64,000 nt of DNA from Eledone cirrhosa (GCA_964016885.1 OZ024751.1:30690001-30754000); one strand, 5' to 3'. Shown: positions 44,402 to 59,432, numbered from the stretch's first letter. Notes: generated from the sequence alone by a model not told the origin. Numbers and translations: made by a program.

Positions 44402-45427
44402 GTTCAAGGACAATTTGGCAATAGTTCCAGTAAAAAGAAGGAATGAGAGTGAATGTCGATGGTTAAATAATTAAGTGGATGTAACTAGTGGTAGCAAGGT
44501 CAGCTAGATGCCGTAGACAATGGCGCTAAACGGAGCAGATTGATCGTACAGCAATTTTCTTAAATGTTCTATCGTAGTCAACCAACTAACCGCCATATCT
44601 AATTTACCGGTGATCTTGTCACCTCTCTCTAAACTCACACATATACACAACCACTCATATACGCAGACACACTTACACTCAAATACACACACACGTACGT
44701 ACGTACATACAACCATACATACACACAGACATACGTTCAAATACACACACATACATACATACATACATACACACATACATACATACATTCATACTTATAT
44801 ACATACATACAATCATACATACACACATACATACATACATACATTCATACTTATATACATACATACAACCATACATACACGCAGACACACGTACACTCAA
44901 ATACATACATACACACTACAACACATATACGCAGACACACATACACTCAGTTACACACAACCACACAGGCACACATACACTCAGATACATACATTCAACT
45001 ACACATACACGCAGACATACATAAACTCACACACAGACAGACACACACAACCACACAAACACACATACACACAAACACACATACACTCAGATACTCACAT
45101 ACAAACTCACACAAACATACAGATACACACACACAAACACACATACACACAGACACACATACATTCAGATACACAGCCACATGCATTCAGACACACAATT
45201 ACTGATATACATACACATTCAGACACATACATTCACAGATATACACACACATTCACTGACATGCATACACACACATGCATTTAGACACCTATTCACTCAC
45301 TGACACACATACACATTCAATGATACATACACATTCACTGACACACACGTTCGCTAACATACACTCTTACACTGATACATGCACACACACGTACACACTC
45401 TGAGGGATATATACACACACGTTCACT

Positions 45428-45467
<40 letters not shown>

Positions 45468-45893
45468 TATACATACAGACGCATTCATTGACAAACACAC
45501 ACCAAGACATTTACAGCCAAATGACACACATACAATCTCCACACACAGAACAGTGTCCCACACCACCACCAACACCACCAACACTACCACCACCACCAAC
45601 ACCACCATCAACACCACCACCACCACCATCACCAACACCACCAACACTACCACCACCAACACCACCAACACTACCACCACCACCAACACTACCACCACCA
45701 CCACCATCAACACCACCACCACCACCATCACCAACACCACCACCACCACCACCAACACCACCACCACCACCACATTAGAATGGCAAAGAGTGCAGTATGG
45801 CGGCGTCAGTAAAGACTAAAATATGGTAAATTCCAGATCCAAGGTATTTGGTGGTTGCAGTGGTATATTGTTTGGCTGGCTGCCCCAACCATA

Positions 45894-45932
<39 letters not shown>

Positions 45933-45939
45933 TTATTTA

Positions 45940-46163
45940 TTTATTAAAATAACAGATTAAAGTTTAAGCAAAGAATCGCTGCTTTCACCCTTAACGGGAT
46001 CTTCTGAAACTCCCATTAAGGGTGAAAGCAGCGATTCTTTGCTTAAACTTTAATCTGTTATTTTAATAAATATTTGCTCTACGGTTCTTATTTATACATT
46101 TGATATATATTTATCCTTATCGAGCCCTCTTTGGATTTTAGTCTTCACATTTATTATTATTAC
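45940..46163. mobile_element. Family C element, fold-back
   Basis: Arms about 45940-45999 and 46011-46070, then a tail into (TA)n. Confidence 0.75.
45961..46011 (-). ncRNA. Hammerhead-like motif of repeat family C (CAGAAGA variant)
   Basis: Minus strand reads agttt CAGAAGA tCCC gttaa GGGt GAAA GCA gcgattctt TGC TT aaact. All three stems pair. A second, more decayed copy lies at 3118-3168 (+). Confidence 0.65.
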
Positions 46164-46254
46164 TATATATATATATTTATATATATATATATATATATTT
46201 ATATATGTATATATGTATGTGTGTATATATATGTGTATATATATATATGTGTGT

Positions 46255-46299
<45 letters not shown>

Positions 46300-46487
46300 T
46301 GTTTTCGTTTATGTGTCAATGTGCTTGTGTGTATATGTACATCTCTCTCTCCCCATCTATCTCTCTATCTATATCTCCCCCCCCCCCTCTCTCTCTCTCT
46401 GATGTGTTTTGCTATCGTTGAATAGGTTCAGTGAACATTGCTGAAACAGTCATGTGTCATAGAGAGAGAGAGAGAGAGTGATAAATA

Positions 46488-46568
<81 letters not shown>

Positions 46569-47481
46569 AGACAAGAAATCAGGCGACGACCCATTTTAGT
46601 AGAATTCCAACAAAAACTATGTAAAGGTTAACAACACTCTTTCGCTACATTGTATAATGAATTCAATTGTAATGGCTGCTGGGAAGGGGGAGAAGTAGGA
46701 GGGGGTAGGAGTAGGAGGTTGATTAACATTCTGGATGGCAGTAGAAACAGTAAAGTACATTGTTATTTAGCCACAGGTCCATGTGATATCTTTGTAAAAT
46801 CGACAGAACATCGGACAAGACGCTTTGTGATATTTAATTTTGATTTTCTACGTTTCTTCCACCCCACCTTCCGTGATCGATAAAATAAAGTACTAATCAA
46901 GTACTGGGGTTGATTTAATCAAGTCAGCTTTTCCCCATAAAAGATTTGCTGGTTTTGTGCCTAAATCAGAAATAATTATTTAATATTGAACAGGGCCGTG
47001 AATTTGGCAGAATCAGTAGAGCACCGTATGAAAGGCTTTGTGGTATTTAGTTACAACTTCCTACATTCTGAGTTCGAATCCCACCGAGGTTAATTTTTAC
47101 CTTTCTTCCTTGTGGTATTTAGTTACAACTTCCTACATTCTAGGTTCGAATTCCACCGGGGTTAATTTTTACCTTTCATTCTTTCAAGGTCGATCAAATA
47201 AAGTACCAGGAAAGTACTATGGCCGATATAATCGACTTTCCAATTCCCTCAAATTGCTGGCCTTGTGCCGGAAGAAATATCAAGACAATTTTAATCCGAT
47301 CCTCTAACAATTCTGCCAAATCGCCGCGCAACAAGAAAGCCACTCACTAAATGTACGAAGCCGTTTAGCTAGCAACAAGCAAAAAGCAACATGGTTAAAG
47401 ACTACAAACTCTACATGTTTCAAGCATGAGTATCCTTCTCCCGTATATAGTTTATATAGATATGCATATATATATATATAC

Positions 47482-47600
<119 letters not shown>

Positions 47601-47815
47601 TGTGTGTGTGTATACGTATATGCACACACAGACGTTCGCACGCACGCCGACGCACAAAAGAATCACTCGTTTCAGTTTATTAACTGCGGTTGATACGCCA
47701 CCACCTAATTTGCATAATTTGCATAAATAAAGCGCAAATAAAATAAACACAACGATTTAAATTGATAGAAATATTTAACGTGGTAAAATATAAACGTTGA
47801 TTTATTGAAAAAAAA

Positions 47816-47847
<32 letters not shown>

Positions 47848-48301
47848 AATATTAATATCAGTTTCCGGTTGGCAGTTCTCGTTAGAAGGACGCAGTTTTT
47901 CACTCAAATGATTGGTAGTAATTTCATTAGAGTTGAACTTTAAGATGGAGGATAACGATATGTTCAATTCACAATGGGGTCGAAATAAAAAGAAAGAATG
48001 TAGTGGGGAGGGTAAATAGGAGCGGATTCACGCCGAGAGGTTTTGTTTAAAGGTGTAAATACATAAATACATACACATTCTCTCTCTCGCTTTGGGAATA
48101 GTTCCGCTGGTGAAAAAAAAAAGTTATTCAATTGATATATAAATAAATAATGCTGTTTTAGAAATTTCGCGTTTGAGAATAGGAACCGGCCAATGTATGG
48201 TTTAGTTGTAAAAAAAAGAAGACAAATGGTGATTGCCTTGGCTCAGTAAATTCTTTCTCACATGAGAACGTTCACTTCCCTGGACGTCTCTATGCGCTTA
48301 C

Positions 48302-48362
48302 TGGTTTGTTTATTCTCCATAGGAAGGTAGGTAGGACATGTTGCATTTGTAGTTTGTTCCAT
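48302..48362 (-). CDS. Putative first coding exon of TRIM-like paralog 1 (MEQTTNATCPTYLPMENKQT+A)
   Basis: ATG is preceded by an in-frame TGA. 61 nt then A|GTAAGC donor, phase 1, joins in frame to the 34712 acceptor (about 366 aa total). It lies in unique sequence and resembles the paralog 2 leader in size and ME..P..LP pattern. No transcript evidence. Confidence 0.6.
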
Positions 48363-49579
48363 TTTTTCATTTCTCTCGCCAACATACAGATAAATAAATA
48401 CATATATATATATATCGGTTTCGAGAAAGAAAAATCACTTATTTTTCTTGAAAACTTCGTGATTAAGTCAATTGCATTTTTTCTGCAGTTGATCGACTCT
48501 GTATTTTTAAACGAGTACTTTAAATTAGCTAAACTACACAAGTCAACTGTAGAAAAACATTGTCCATGCTCTATTTCAGTCAGGGATTTCCATATCTTTG
48601 TTGGGTAGGGGATCCGCATAGTTTTTTGGGGATTTTTTAAAGCAGATAATATCCAATACAAACAAAAACAGAAAACATCCACCATTCATTACATTCAACA
48701 GCACTCTTCCCCAGTGAGGTAATATTAACCATCACTTCCGTATCCACTTTCTTTTGTTTTATACACTTTTATATCTTCAGCTTAGTCGAGTTTATCAGTT
48801 TATCGATAGACAATAGCAATAGATTTGTACACAGATTAACGAAAAATATTTTACGATAGAAATACCGTTTCTGCTTTTATTTTAAGAAAGCAACTCTTGA
48901 TAAAAAGCGACGAAGTATCAATAGTGAGACCACCCACTTGCATAAGACTTGTAGCGTGGCTCTTAAGTTATATTCCTCTCAATGTTACAATTGAAGAAAA
49001 AACATATTTGCAACCGATACTTCTTTCAACACAATCACAGTTTTTTTTAAACAGAACATATTTAAGCTGAGTTTTATTATCAAAACTAGCAGCCAGTATT
49101 TTACTCTTTGTTACAAGAAACAAGAGAAAATGTTCAATTAGTTTTATCGTAACATCATTTGCAAAATGACACTATCCAGATAAATCACGGCTCCTGCTTC
49201 ACAACCCAGTTTTCATTTCACTTCGTTCTAGCTCAAAAGTTGTTCACGAAGTCAAAGAAAACATAGCGGTTGTTTTAGAAGACACTTTAGCTGTTTCTCT
49301 TGCTACTTTTTTTCTGTCTTCTTGACTGTATAAACTTATATTATATTTCTTTAATAATCACAATGACTCTCGCCCATGTTCTTTCAAAATATCATTCATT
49401 TCGTATCCTCAATTACAGCTAATTACTAATTACACTCAATCAATAATTACACCCAATCACCAATTATTTCCATTCGTTCTATGTTACAAATTCTACTTAA
49501 TTCTTGACAACCAGTTTTCAAGTTCAGTGACTAACAGATTTCTACAATCTTACGCCAATAAATTACTTTCACCAGACGG

Positions 49580-49668
<89 letters not shown>

Positions 49669-49790
49669 TATACAAATCACACACTATATGGCCGTTGGAG
49701 TAATTTTGTGATTAATTTTGAAAAATAATAATAAATTTGCTTTTCGTTCAATAAACATTTTCTTTTCTTAAAAAACGCGCAGACGATCAT

Positions 49791-50821
49791 TTAGGAGGAC
49801 AACACCATTAAATGTCCAAAGTTCAAGAGATCCTGCATCACTCGCCGATGTTTATATGGTTCAAAGTGAAACGACACTCCGAAGTTATCGTTTGTAATGT
49901 GTGGAAGCTGAAGCGGAGTGGAGAGAGTGTTCTGTGCTGCTTGATGCGACGTAAACATTTGACTTATGTCGTTCGCCTCCTTGGCTATCTCCAGGTCTTT
50001 CATCTGATCTGTCACACATTCCTCACGTTCCATTATCTTCTTAAAATTGTCCATGAGATTTTGACGTTTACGATTCATTTCCTGCTCAGACATGGACAAA
50101 ATATCTCGTTCTCGTTCGTCGATCATGTGACGAAGTTTCTGAAACGTTAATTTAATTTCGTCAGTCACCTGTGTTTCCATTTTGCTCAAATGGTTCATCG
50201 ATTGTTCGATTTGAGCTCTTTTCAAGAGATGTTCCTGCTTACTTTTCTCCATCTCAGTAATCGTATCATTAATAATTGGTGTGTATTTACTGAGGGCCTC
50301 CTTCATATTCATAACATTGTGTCCATTCGTGTCTTTGTGATCGATAACAGTACAATCACAACATACTGGGATGGCACAAGGCTCACAAAAGAAGTTGAGA
50401 GGCTGCAGTTGGTGTTTGGCACAATATGATATATCGTTAATGCCAGTCTCGTGTACAAAGTTAATCAACTCCAACACAGTATGGTCGTTCGGTAATCTAC
50501 GTAAGTCATCTTCTGACGCAATAATACTGTCTCGACATGATGGACATTGGATTTTCACAGCACGTGGCATACTTCGGAAGGCCGAACTCAGTGACTGCCG
50601 GTACTCTCCTTCAACGCGGAACATTTGCAAGAAACAATGCAAACAGAACGAATGGTGGCATGGCAGCGTCTTGGGCAGCTTTTCTGACTCATTAAACACT
50701 TCTCTGCATATAAGACATCGCAGGAAAACATCTTCAAAATGTTCCTCGTCAAATATTAGATTCCGCCTACGAAGTTTTTCTGCACTATGAATATTTTTCG
50801 GTACCTTTTCTGGATTTTTTT
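49791..50821 (-). CDS. TRIM-like RING/B-box/coiled-coil protein, paralog 2, terminal coding exon
   Basis: The frame is open 40 codons upstream of the listed ORF to the acceptor tttttcccccttcattacag|AA (phase 1). RING CLIC-x15-CHHSFCLHC-x29-CPSC, B-box CAKH...CEPC...CCDC...H...H, coiled coil. Collinear with 33673-34712. Confidence 0.9.
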
Positions 50822-51526
50822 CTGTAATGAAGGGGGAAAAATGCTGTTACATAAAAGAAAGGCATCTAAATATTAAATTGGAATGTGTTATTGTGATTGA
50901 TTGAACCAATCTGGGTGGATAGAGGTTCCTGTTTTTAATGTCTGAAGTTAATTTTCTGTTTAACTAATGATACGTGTACGGATAAGGGTTTGAAGATTTT
51001 GTGAGTGAATGTAGTGTATATAAGGATTTATTCCCGTGAAAAATAGCCTTGTTCTTTTAAATTCTTCCCACAAAATTGCTGATCTTGTGGCTGAATTCAA
51101 ATCAGTATTTGCTTTGTTCGTAAACTGTTTGATTAAGAGCACAATGCGATCAAATATATACCCCTTTGTAGCACTCCATGGAAATCGATAAAATCCGTGA
51201 TTCTGATTGATCCCTAAAATCGAACATCAATTTTTGTTTTGTCTATTGCATTATGTCAATATGAATGTTTATAAGAAATTGTCAGTTTTAGAGATTTTGA
51301 AAATATCAACAATTCTAAGAAATTGAACCAGAAGCAGACAAGCTGACACGAATGACTTGAATTACTTTTTCAATGAGAAAGTAAAAGATGTGGAATTGCG
51401 AGACTACAAAGAGAAGACATTGAAATAATTGTAATTATGCATTGACTTCTCCTTGAGAAAAATCTATCAGCTACCAGAGATGGAGAGATAAGTAAAGGGG
51501 ATATTAAATAATGTAGTATTACATTG

Positions 51527-51857
51527 CATGGTCCCGTAACTCCCGAGGAACTCGTAAGGGACGCCGTATTGACATACAGTTTTACTAGGGCATTTTGAAA
51601 CCTGGCAGAGCCCATCTCCTCTCTAGTTCTGAATATAGCAAATTTCTTTCAGAGGATAGAGAGAGTGAGAGAGAGTAGAAGTAAGGAAGATATGTAGAGG
51701 AAGAATCGACCCCAGTGCTTGACTGGTACTTTTTTATCAACCTCCATTGGATGAAAAGCAAAGTTGACCTCGGTGGGGTTTGAACTCAGAGAGCCGAAAC
51801 GAATACCGCAAGGCATTCTATCCGACGTTCTAACGACTCTGCCAATTCGCCGCCTTA
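51527..51857 (-). mobile_element. S1-headed SINE with an alternative 3' tail
   Basis: The S1 head and body are joined to a tail ending ...gttacgggaccat. The same composite occurs at 56775-57705; the tail alone occurs at about 42015-42170. Confidence 0.65.
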
Positions 51858-52789
51858 TAATGTAGTGTAACATACAACTAGAAAGGAAGATGTGTGGCTA
51901 AGTAGTTAGGATGTTCGGCTCCCAGACCGGGAGGCGAGATATATTCTTGAGTATGGCGCTTTTGCGTTGCTCCCGTCCATTCAGCTGGCAAAAAATTGAA
52001 CTGTACTTGTAATTCAAGAGGCCATACTTGTTACACACTATGTCACATTGAATTACCCTGAGAACTACGTTAAGGGTGCACGTATCTGTAGAATGTTCAG
52101 CCAGTGACTGAAGTCGATAATATCGACTTTCTCTTCCCCAAAATTACTGTTTTGTGCCTGAATTAGAAACCAATTAATGTCTTAATAAATAAAGGGTGAT
52201 GGAAATTGTCCATAAATCGTTGGTATAGGTTCCGCGACATAATAAAGTTAGGGTCCACTGGTGTAGTAAATACAAAGCCTATAGAGGATTATATAGTTTG
52301 GGAACCTCTGATGTGGTAAATATAAAACCTACTGATGACTATCTAGTTTGGTGTTTACTGATGCAGTATATAGAGAGCCTGTAGAAGACTATATATAGTT
52401 AGTATAGAGTCTGTAGAGAATTATATACTTTCGGAACCACTGGTGTAGTAAATATAGAACCGATACAGCAAACTACTTTTCTAAGGCCCACGGCAGAATA
52501 TTTAAAAGGGAAAATTTGTCCCCCTACATTTTGTATTAATTCCCTGATGGACGCAGCCCACAGTGGTTAGATTTGCCTTTCATCCTTACGGGGTCGATAA
52601 AATAAAACACCAGTAATACACTGGGGTCAATTTAATCGACTTTCCCTCCCCCAAAAATTGTTGGCTTTGAGTCTATAGTAGAAATAATTATTAACCCTTT
52701 AGTCCGAAGACTGCCACTCTACTCCTGCCCTAATATGTCTTCCACCTCTTGGTCCCGGTCGACAGGATCTAGAAAGAGTCACTATAGAA

Positions 52790-53054
52790 TAGAGGGCCCC
52801 AACCACCGTGGATCATTTGCTACCGGGCCGCAAAGAAATCATAAACTTGTTTAAAATTATAAAATAATTTGAACATTGGACTTTAATTGAAAACGATTTG
52901 TTTAAATATTCAATATTCATATACTCAATACACCTTTTCTAATTGCTCTCTTTATTGAAATGCACTTAAATAACACATACATGCAGATACTAGTCCGCGG
53001 AAAAATTGTCCGACATGAAGACAATCCGTTGGACAAAAAGGTTGGACACCACTG
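52790..53054. mobile_element. hAT (Charlie/MER1-like) MITE
   Basis: Ends tagagggccccaacc / ggttggacaccactg, internal tccgcggaaaaattgtc, 8-bp TSD ctatagaa/atatagaa. Confidence 0.7.
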
Positions 53055-53634
53055 ATATAGAAGACTAACCCTCATATATATATATATAGTGAAAGAATAA
53101 AGAATAACATGGTCGGCTGTACCAAAAGGGTTTATTTACAGCCGATCATGTTATTCTTTACGCTTTCACTTGGATTAGATGTATCGGTAGAGGGTCAGAC
53201 GCCATACTTTGCAGCATAAAGTTACGGTCCTTTATGATCTGAGTTCAAATACGGCTGAGGTTAACTTTGCCCTTCATCCTTACGGGGTCGATAAAATAAA
53301 GTACCTGTCACGCACTAGGGTCGATTTATTCAACTTTCCCCTCCCCCAAAATTGCTGGCCTTGTGCCTCTATAAGAAACCATTATTACTCCAAGAACCAC
53401 CTGCATGGGAATTCTCTTAAACTCGCCACCTAAGAAAACTACTTGTTGAGTCAAACAACGCCCTACGTTGAAAGTATCCTCAACACAGAATACTCACAAC
53501 GTCTGGATTACCTTAAGCGATACCTTGTTATCCTATATATACGTATAATATAGAAAAGGCTTCTACAGGACTAGAACTGTTTCATTCGGGAGAAATCATC
53601 CGGCTTCCTGAAATATATATATATATATATATAT

Positions 53635-53826
53635 GAAAATGTTTGACCCCGACGGCAGAGCTTAAGCCGTTTCGACGACTATTTCAGTCCAGAAATAGCC
53701 GTCGAAACGGCTTGAGCTTTGCCGTCGGGGTCAAACATTTTCCTATTACCCACTCTACTACCCTAAGTATTGAGTACTCTGGTGCGTTATGGTCCATCTG
53801 GTTCATTGCCACACCTCCTTCTCGTT
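53635..53826. mobile_element. Family A element (second subfamily), fold-back
   Basis: Arms 53635-53685 and 53692-53742 around agtcca, followed by the common tail. Satellite fragments of about 30 bp at 53856-53886 and 54213-54244. Confidence 0.8.
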
Positions 53827-53882
53827 ATATATATATATATATAAATATATATATAGGAAAAAGTATGACCCCGACGGCAGAG

Positions 53883-53935
<53 letters not shown>

Positions 53936-54149
53936 AAGAATTTATATCTAGTAACATATATACATACAAATGCATATCGATGCTAGCAAATATATAGGTT
54001 TTGTCTTAACATTGTGGTTCAATGCATGGGGTTGCAGAACAATAATATAAGAGACGTAAGATAAGAAAATTATAAAATTAACTTACTAAAATATCGATAT
54101 TTTAGTAAGTAAGTTAATTTTATAATTTTCTTATCTTACGTCTCTTATA

Positions 54150-54214
<65 letters not shown>

Positions 54215-54241
54215 AAAAAGTATGACCCCGACGGCAGAGCT

Positions 54242-54320
<79 letters not shown>

Positions 54321-54625
54321 CAGCAGCAGGCAACATCTCCTGGCTAAGAAACGAACGAATTGGGTCAAACAGATATTGTCCAACTCACATATAATACACA
54401 TCGCTAATTATATCTAGGAGGCCATCTGTCGCATGCAGAGGTAGATACAACAATGACAATTTCATTGTGGCTCAGTCAGTTATATTTTGGTAACAACTTC
54501 AGCTTAGTCGGCTTCTATTGTTTACACATTCTCCTATTTCTAATTGACTAACATACTTGATACTCTATACAATATTTAATGTTACTGTTTATTGATTACT
54601 TGTCTGTCTCTGTGTGGTGTGTGTA

Positions 54626-54697
<72 letters not shown>

Positions 54698-54908
54698 CTA
54701 TATATATGTGTGTGTGTATCTATGTGTGTGCAAGTGCACGTATGGTGACCTGTATATGTGTGTATGTGAGTGTGTGTATGAGTGGTGTGGCGTGTGTACG
54801 TTCGTGTATGTACGTGCGTGTGTGGTTTGTTGTATGTCTGTGTGTTGAGTGTGTGCTGTATGTCTGTCTGTCTGTCTGTGTGTGTTTGAATGTGTGTATA
54901 TATGTGTG

Positions 54909-54950
<42 letters not shown>

Positions 54951-55920
54951 GTAACAATGACAAGGCCAAACGTAATAGCTATTCGCTTGCTTGACTGTGC
55001 ACGCTGTGGTCGCATTTGTAAATGAGGAAGGACGTTTAGTCGGTTAAATACGCCTCACTATATATTACCTGCCTTAGTTATGGAACCTCTCTTTAGTCAC
55101 AAGATCTGCTAGAAATAGAAGCCAAATCTCACTCAAATTACACTCCCCAATCTTAGAAAGAACTCTTTGGATAATGTTGTTCTAAACTTCCTGCACATAG
55201 GAAAAAGATGGGAAGGTCACGGCTGGAATGCTTTTAATGAGAAGTCTACCCGATTGGAGCTGCTCTGGGGTAAAAAAAAAAGCGGGAACTCCTTCGTGAC
55301 TACTCGTTCCGCTAGAAATAGGAGCCAAATCTCCCTCAAATCACACCTTGCTGTCTTTAAAGGGGAGGTGAGACTGTGAAATACATAGACAAAACCCCTT
55401 AACCCCGCAGAACTAGCTGATCCAAAATTTGACCAACAGCGTAGTTAGGGGTGGGCGAGGGAGGAGTGCCCCCCCCCCCTCCTCCGAGCGACTAATATGT
55501 GGGTGTGGCACGTTTTGATCTTCGATATAAGCCTGTATTGGATGTGGGTGGGGATGACGGATGCGAAAAACTCAATGGCGGCTGCCTCGGACGGCAAAGA
55601 CTCTAATTGCCTCACTAGGTTCGACGTTTCTAAAATTTGTTTGCAAGACCGCAAGGGAGAGTTATCCTAGGGGAAGGGGTATCACGTGATTTCTGTCTGA
55701 TACGGAAAAAACTATTGATTGGCTTATATAACGGAAAGTTTGTTTTTATCGACCATCAGAGGCAAAGGCGTAACTAGGATATGGCAAGCTTGGCAAGTGT
55801 CGTGGGATCTACATGAAGGGGGCACCACTTAGACTAGGAGCAGGTTCTATTGAAGTCAAATAAGCCTCGTCGGAGAATGAAAAAAGAAACTCCTTCAGAT
55901 GTATGATCTGTCTTTGATTA

Positions 55921-56298
55921 TCATGGGTGAGAACACTATGGCGGCTGTCATGGGTGAGAACACTATGGCGGCTGTCATGGGTGAGAACACTATGGCGGCT
56001 GTCATGGGTGAGAACACTATGGCGGCTGTCATGGGTGAGAACACTATGGCGGCTGTCATGGGTGAGAACACTATGGCGGCTGTCATGGGTGAGAACACTA
56101 TGGCGGCTGTCATGGGTGAGAACACTATGGCGGCTGTCATGGGTGAGAACACTATGGCGGCTGTCATGGGTGAGAACACTATGGCGGCTGTCATGGGTGA
56201 GAACACTATGGCGGCTGTCATGGGTGAGAACACTATGGCGGCTGTCATGGGTGAGAACACTATGGCGGCTGTCATAGGTGAGAACACTATGGCGGCTG
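55921..56298. repeat. 27-bp x14 tandem repeat
   Basis: tcatgggtgagaacactatggcggctg. Confidence 0.97.
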
Positions 56299-56433
56299 GA
56301 TCATTAAACCATTTAGATAAATTGTTAAGGCCCATTGATAAAGATACAATGTTGGGCAGGGTGTAATGTCACTGCCAGCCATAGGCGCTATTTTCCCTAG
56401 TTATACCTCTGCCTAGACGTATCATTATATGTC

Positions 56434-56499
<66 letters not shown>

Positions 56500-56501
<2 letters not shown>

Positions 56502-56695
56502 CGAAGGAAATGTGGTAAGGAACCAGATGGACCATAACGCACCAAAGTACTCAATACTTAGGGTAGTAGAGTGGGTAATAGGAACGAGTAGGACCCCGAC
56601 GGCTGAGCTCAAGCTCACGGCTAATTCTGGACTAAATTTAGTCCAGAATTAGCCGTCGAAACGGCTTGAGCTCAGCCGTCGGGGTCCTACTCGTT

Positions 56696-56698
<3 letters not shown>
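56500..56698. mobile_element. Family A element (second subfamily), fold-back
   Basis: Palindrome centred on ggact aaattt agtcc. (TA)n on both sides. Confidence 0.8.
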
Positions 56699-56777
<79 letters not shown>

Positions 56778-57068
56778 GTCCCGTAACTCCTGATAGAGTG
56801 GTAGGGGTGCCGTATTGACATATGGCGTTTCTTAAACATTTTAAGCCTAGCGGATCCCACCCCTCTCCAGGCCTTAGTACGGCAGATTTCTTCGAGAGAA
56901 AGATAGAAAGTGAGAGAGAGGAAATGAGAAGATATAGAGGAAGAACCGACCTCAGTACTAGACTGGTACTTTTTTTTATCGACCCGACCTCGAAAGGATG
57001 AAAGGGAAAGTTGACCTAGGCGGGTTTGAACTGAGAGAGTAGAGAGCCGGAAGGAAAACCATAAAGCA

Positions 57069-57692
57069 TTCTATCTGACGTTCTAACGACTGTGCCGTTC
57101 TATCTGACGTTCTAACCACTCTGCCGTTCTATCTGACGTTCTAATGACTCTGCCGTTCTATCTGACGTTCTAACCACTCTGCCGTTCTATCTGACGTTCT
57201 AATGACTCTACCATTCTATCTGACGTTCTAACCACTCTGCCATTCTATCTGACGTTCTAACCACTCTACCATTCTATCTGACGTTCTAATGACTCTACCA
57301 TTCTATCTGACGTTCTAACCACTCTGCCATTCTAGCTGACGTTCTAATGACTCTACCATTCTATCTGACGTTCTAACCACTCTGCCATTCTATCTGACGT
57401 TCTAACCACTCTACCATTCTATCTGACGTTCTAATGACTCTACCATTCTATCTGACGTTCTAACCACTCTGCCATTCTAGCTGACGTTCTAATGACTCTA
57501 CCATTCTATCTGACGTTCTAACCACTCTACCATTCTATCTGACGTTCTAACCACTCTACCATTCTATCTGACTCTACCATTCTATCTGACGTTCTAACCA
57601 CTCTGCCATTCTAGCTGACGTTCTAATGACTCTACCATTCTATCTGACGTTCTAACCACTGCCATTCTATCTGACGTTCTAACCACTCTGCC
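57069..57692. repeat. 29-bp x about 21 tandem inside a SINE head
   Basis: Variants of ttctatctgacgttctaaccactctgcca, flanked by contiguous SINE sequence. Confidence 0.95.
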
Positions 57693-58163
57693 AATTCGCC
57701 GCCCATAAAACAAATATATGCAATAGAAGAATAGGGAAAGATGGACAAGAAAAACCTATTGATTGGCAGAGTTGGTAGAGCGCCGGATAAAACACCATTG
57801 TAGTATTTGCGCCAATTCACTGCCTTTTTAGTAAAATATATGCCGTATAGTAAAACATATTAGGTTCGGCTGTAAAGTTCATAGGCTGACTATGAAGGAG
57901 TAATACTAGAGCTGTGAAATCGACAACAATAACAACAGTGTCGATAACAACAGTAATAACAACAACAACTGTGACAACAGCTATGGCAACAACGATAACA
58001 ACAGAAATAACAACAGCTGCAACAACAACAGCTGTAACAACAGCTGTAACAACAGCAGTAACAACAAATGTAACAACAACGGCAATAAAAACATACATAA
58101 CAACACCAATAACAACAACAGCAGTTACAACAACAGCTATATAGTAATGATAAAACCTATGAC

Positions 58164-58216
<53 letters not shown>

Positions 58217-58749
58217 AGACCAATAACGTCGTTCAAACCTCTAATTTAAATAACCCAAACTAATTTCTGCTGTGAAATACCTACTTACTAAGCTGAGCTG
58301 GTCATAACAGACAGGTAGAAGAGGTATGTGTACGGACATTTAATGGTGAAAACAGTGAGACATATCCATATACACGGCTAGAAATAACAGCCAAATACCA
58401 CCGAAAAAACACCCAAATATTTTGTCTTTTTTTCAGTGGGAAGGACATCTTGGTTAAAGTTGTCTGAGATATATCTATAAATGATGACCACACCATCGTA
58501 TTTTTAGAAATATATAATATTACCTTCTATTTTGAAGAAGGTTAATTATGAGTTGAAGGAGATTTAGCTGTCATTACTAGCAGGTCGAATGACTCGGCAG
58601 AGAGTTTAGCAAACTTGCTTCTATTTATCCAAATTTCTATAGAAACGACGAGCTAATACCTGGGCTGAGAACAGGTGCGTGTCAAGACTTGCAAACGTGC
58701 GGAATGCAACAAAAGGAACTAAAAGAAGAGCATACTTGATATAGTAGGC

Positions 58750-58853
<104 letters not shown>

Positions 58854-59394
58854 CTTACGAAATATCACATTAACATTACTACGTGAGTTGATTTGTGCAT
58901 TTAAGGTTCTATGGTATTGCAACATTGTGCCACACACATCTTATTCAACGCTAACTGGAATGCATCCAGTAACAGAGTACATCACTTACAGAATCATATA
59001 TATAGTCAATTAATTAGCAATTAATTAAAATTATAGCCTTAATGAATATAAATATCAATAACTAAGGAATAATCCTCAAGAAAGGTAAGGGAGACAAACT
59101 CCGAAATCTAAATAAATTGAAATTTGAATGTAACCAAGCACCTGTTTTCTCGTCTAGCCACGGGAAAGCAGATATTTCTAAAGCGGGACTTCGGAATAAA
59201 CATGTCACTGTAAATCTAAGGGTGTGTCATTGAAATGTAGAGTAGCGGGTCTGTGCCAACCTCTTCCCTAGTCCTCGCACCTCCACCTATAAGTGACGGA
59301 GCAAGTAGGAGTCGATTCTAGGCGAGATACGTTCCAGGCCCGGGGAGTGCCATTTCACTTCACTTGCTCTTATGTGTGTGTATGTGTGTGTGTA

Positions 59395-59432
<38 letters not shown>

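Noticed and set aside
55895-56366. MGENTMAAV repeat protein
   Set aside because: A 27-bp minisatellite open in several frames on both strands, with no splice or codon evidence.
58279-58295. ATG..TA|GTAAGT mini-exon as leader of paralog 2
   Set aside because: Phase 2, incompatible with the phase-1 acceptor at 50821.
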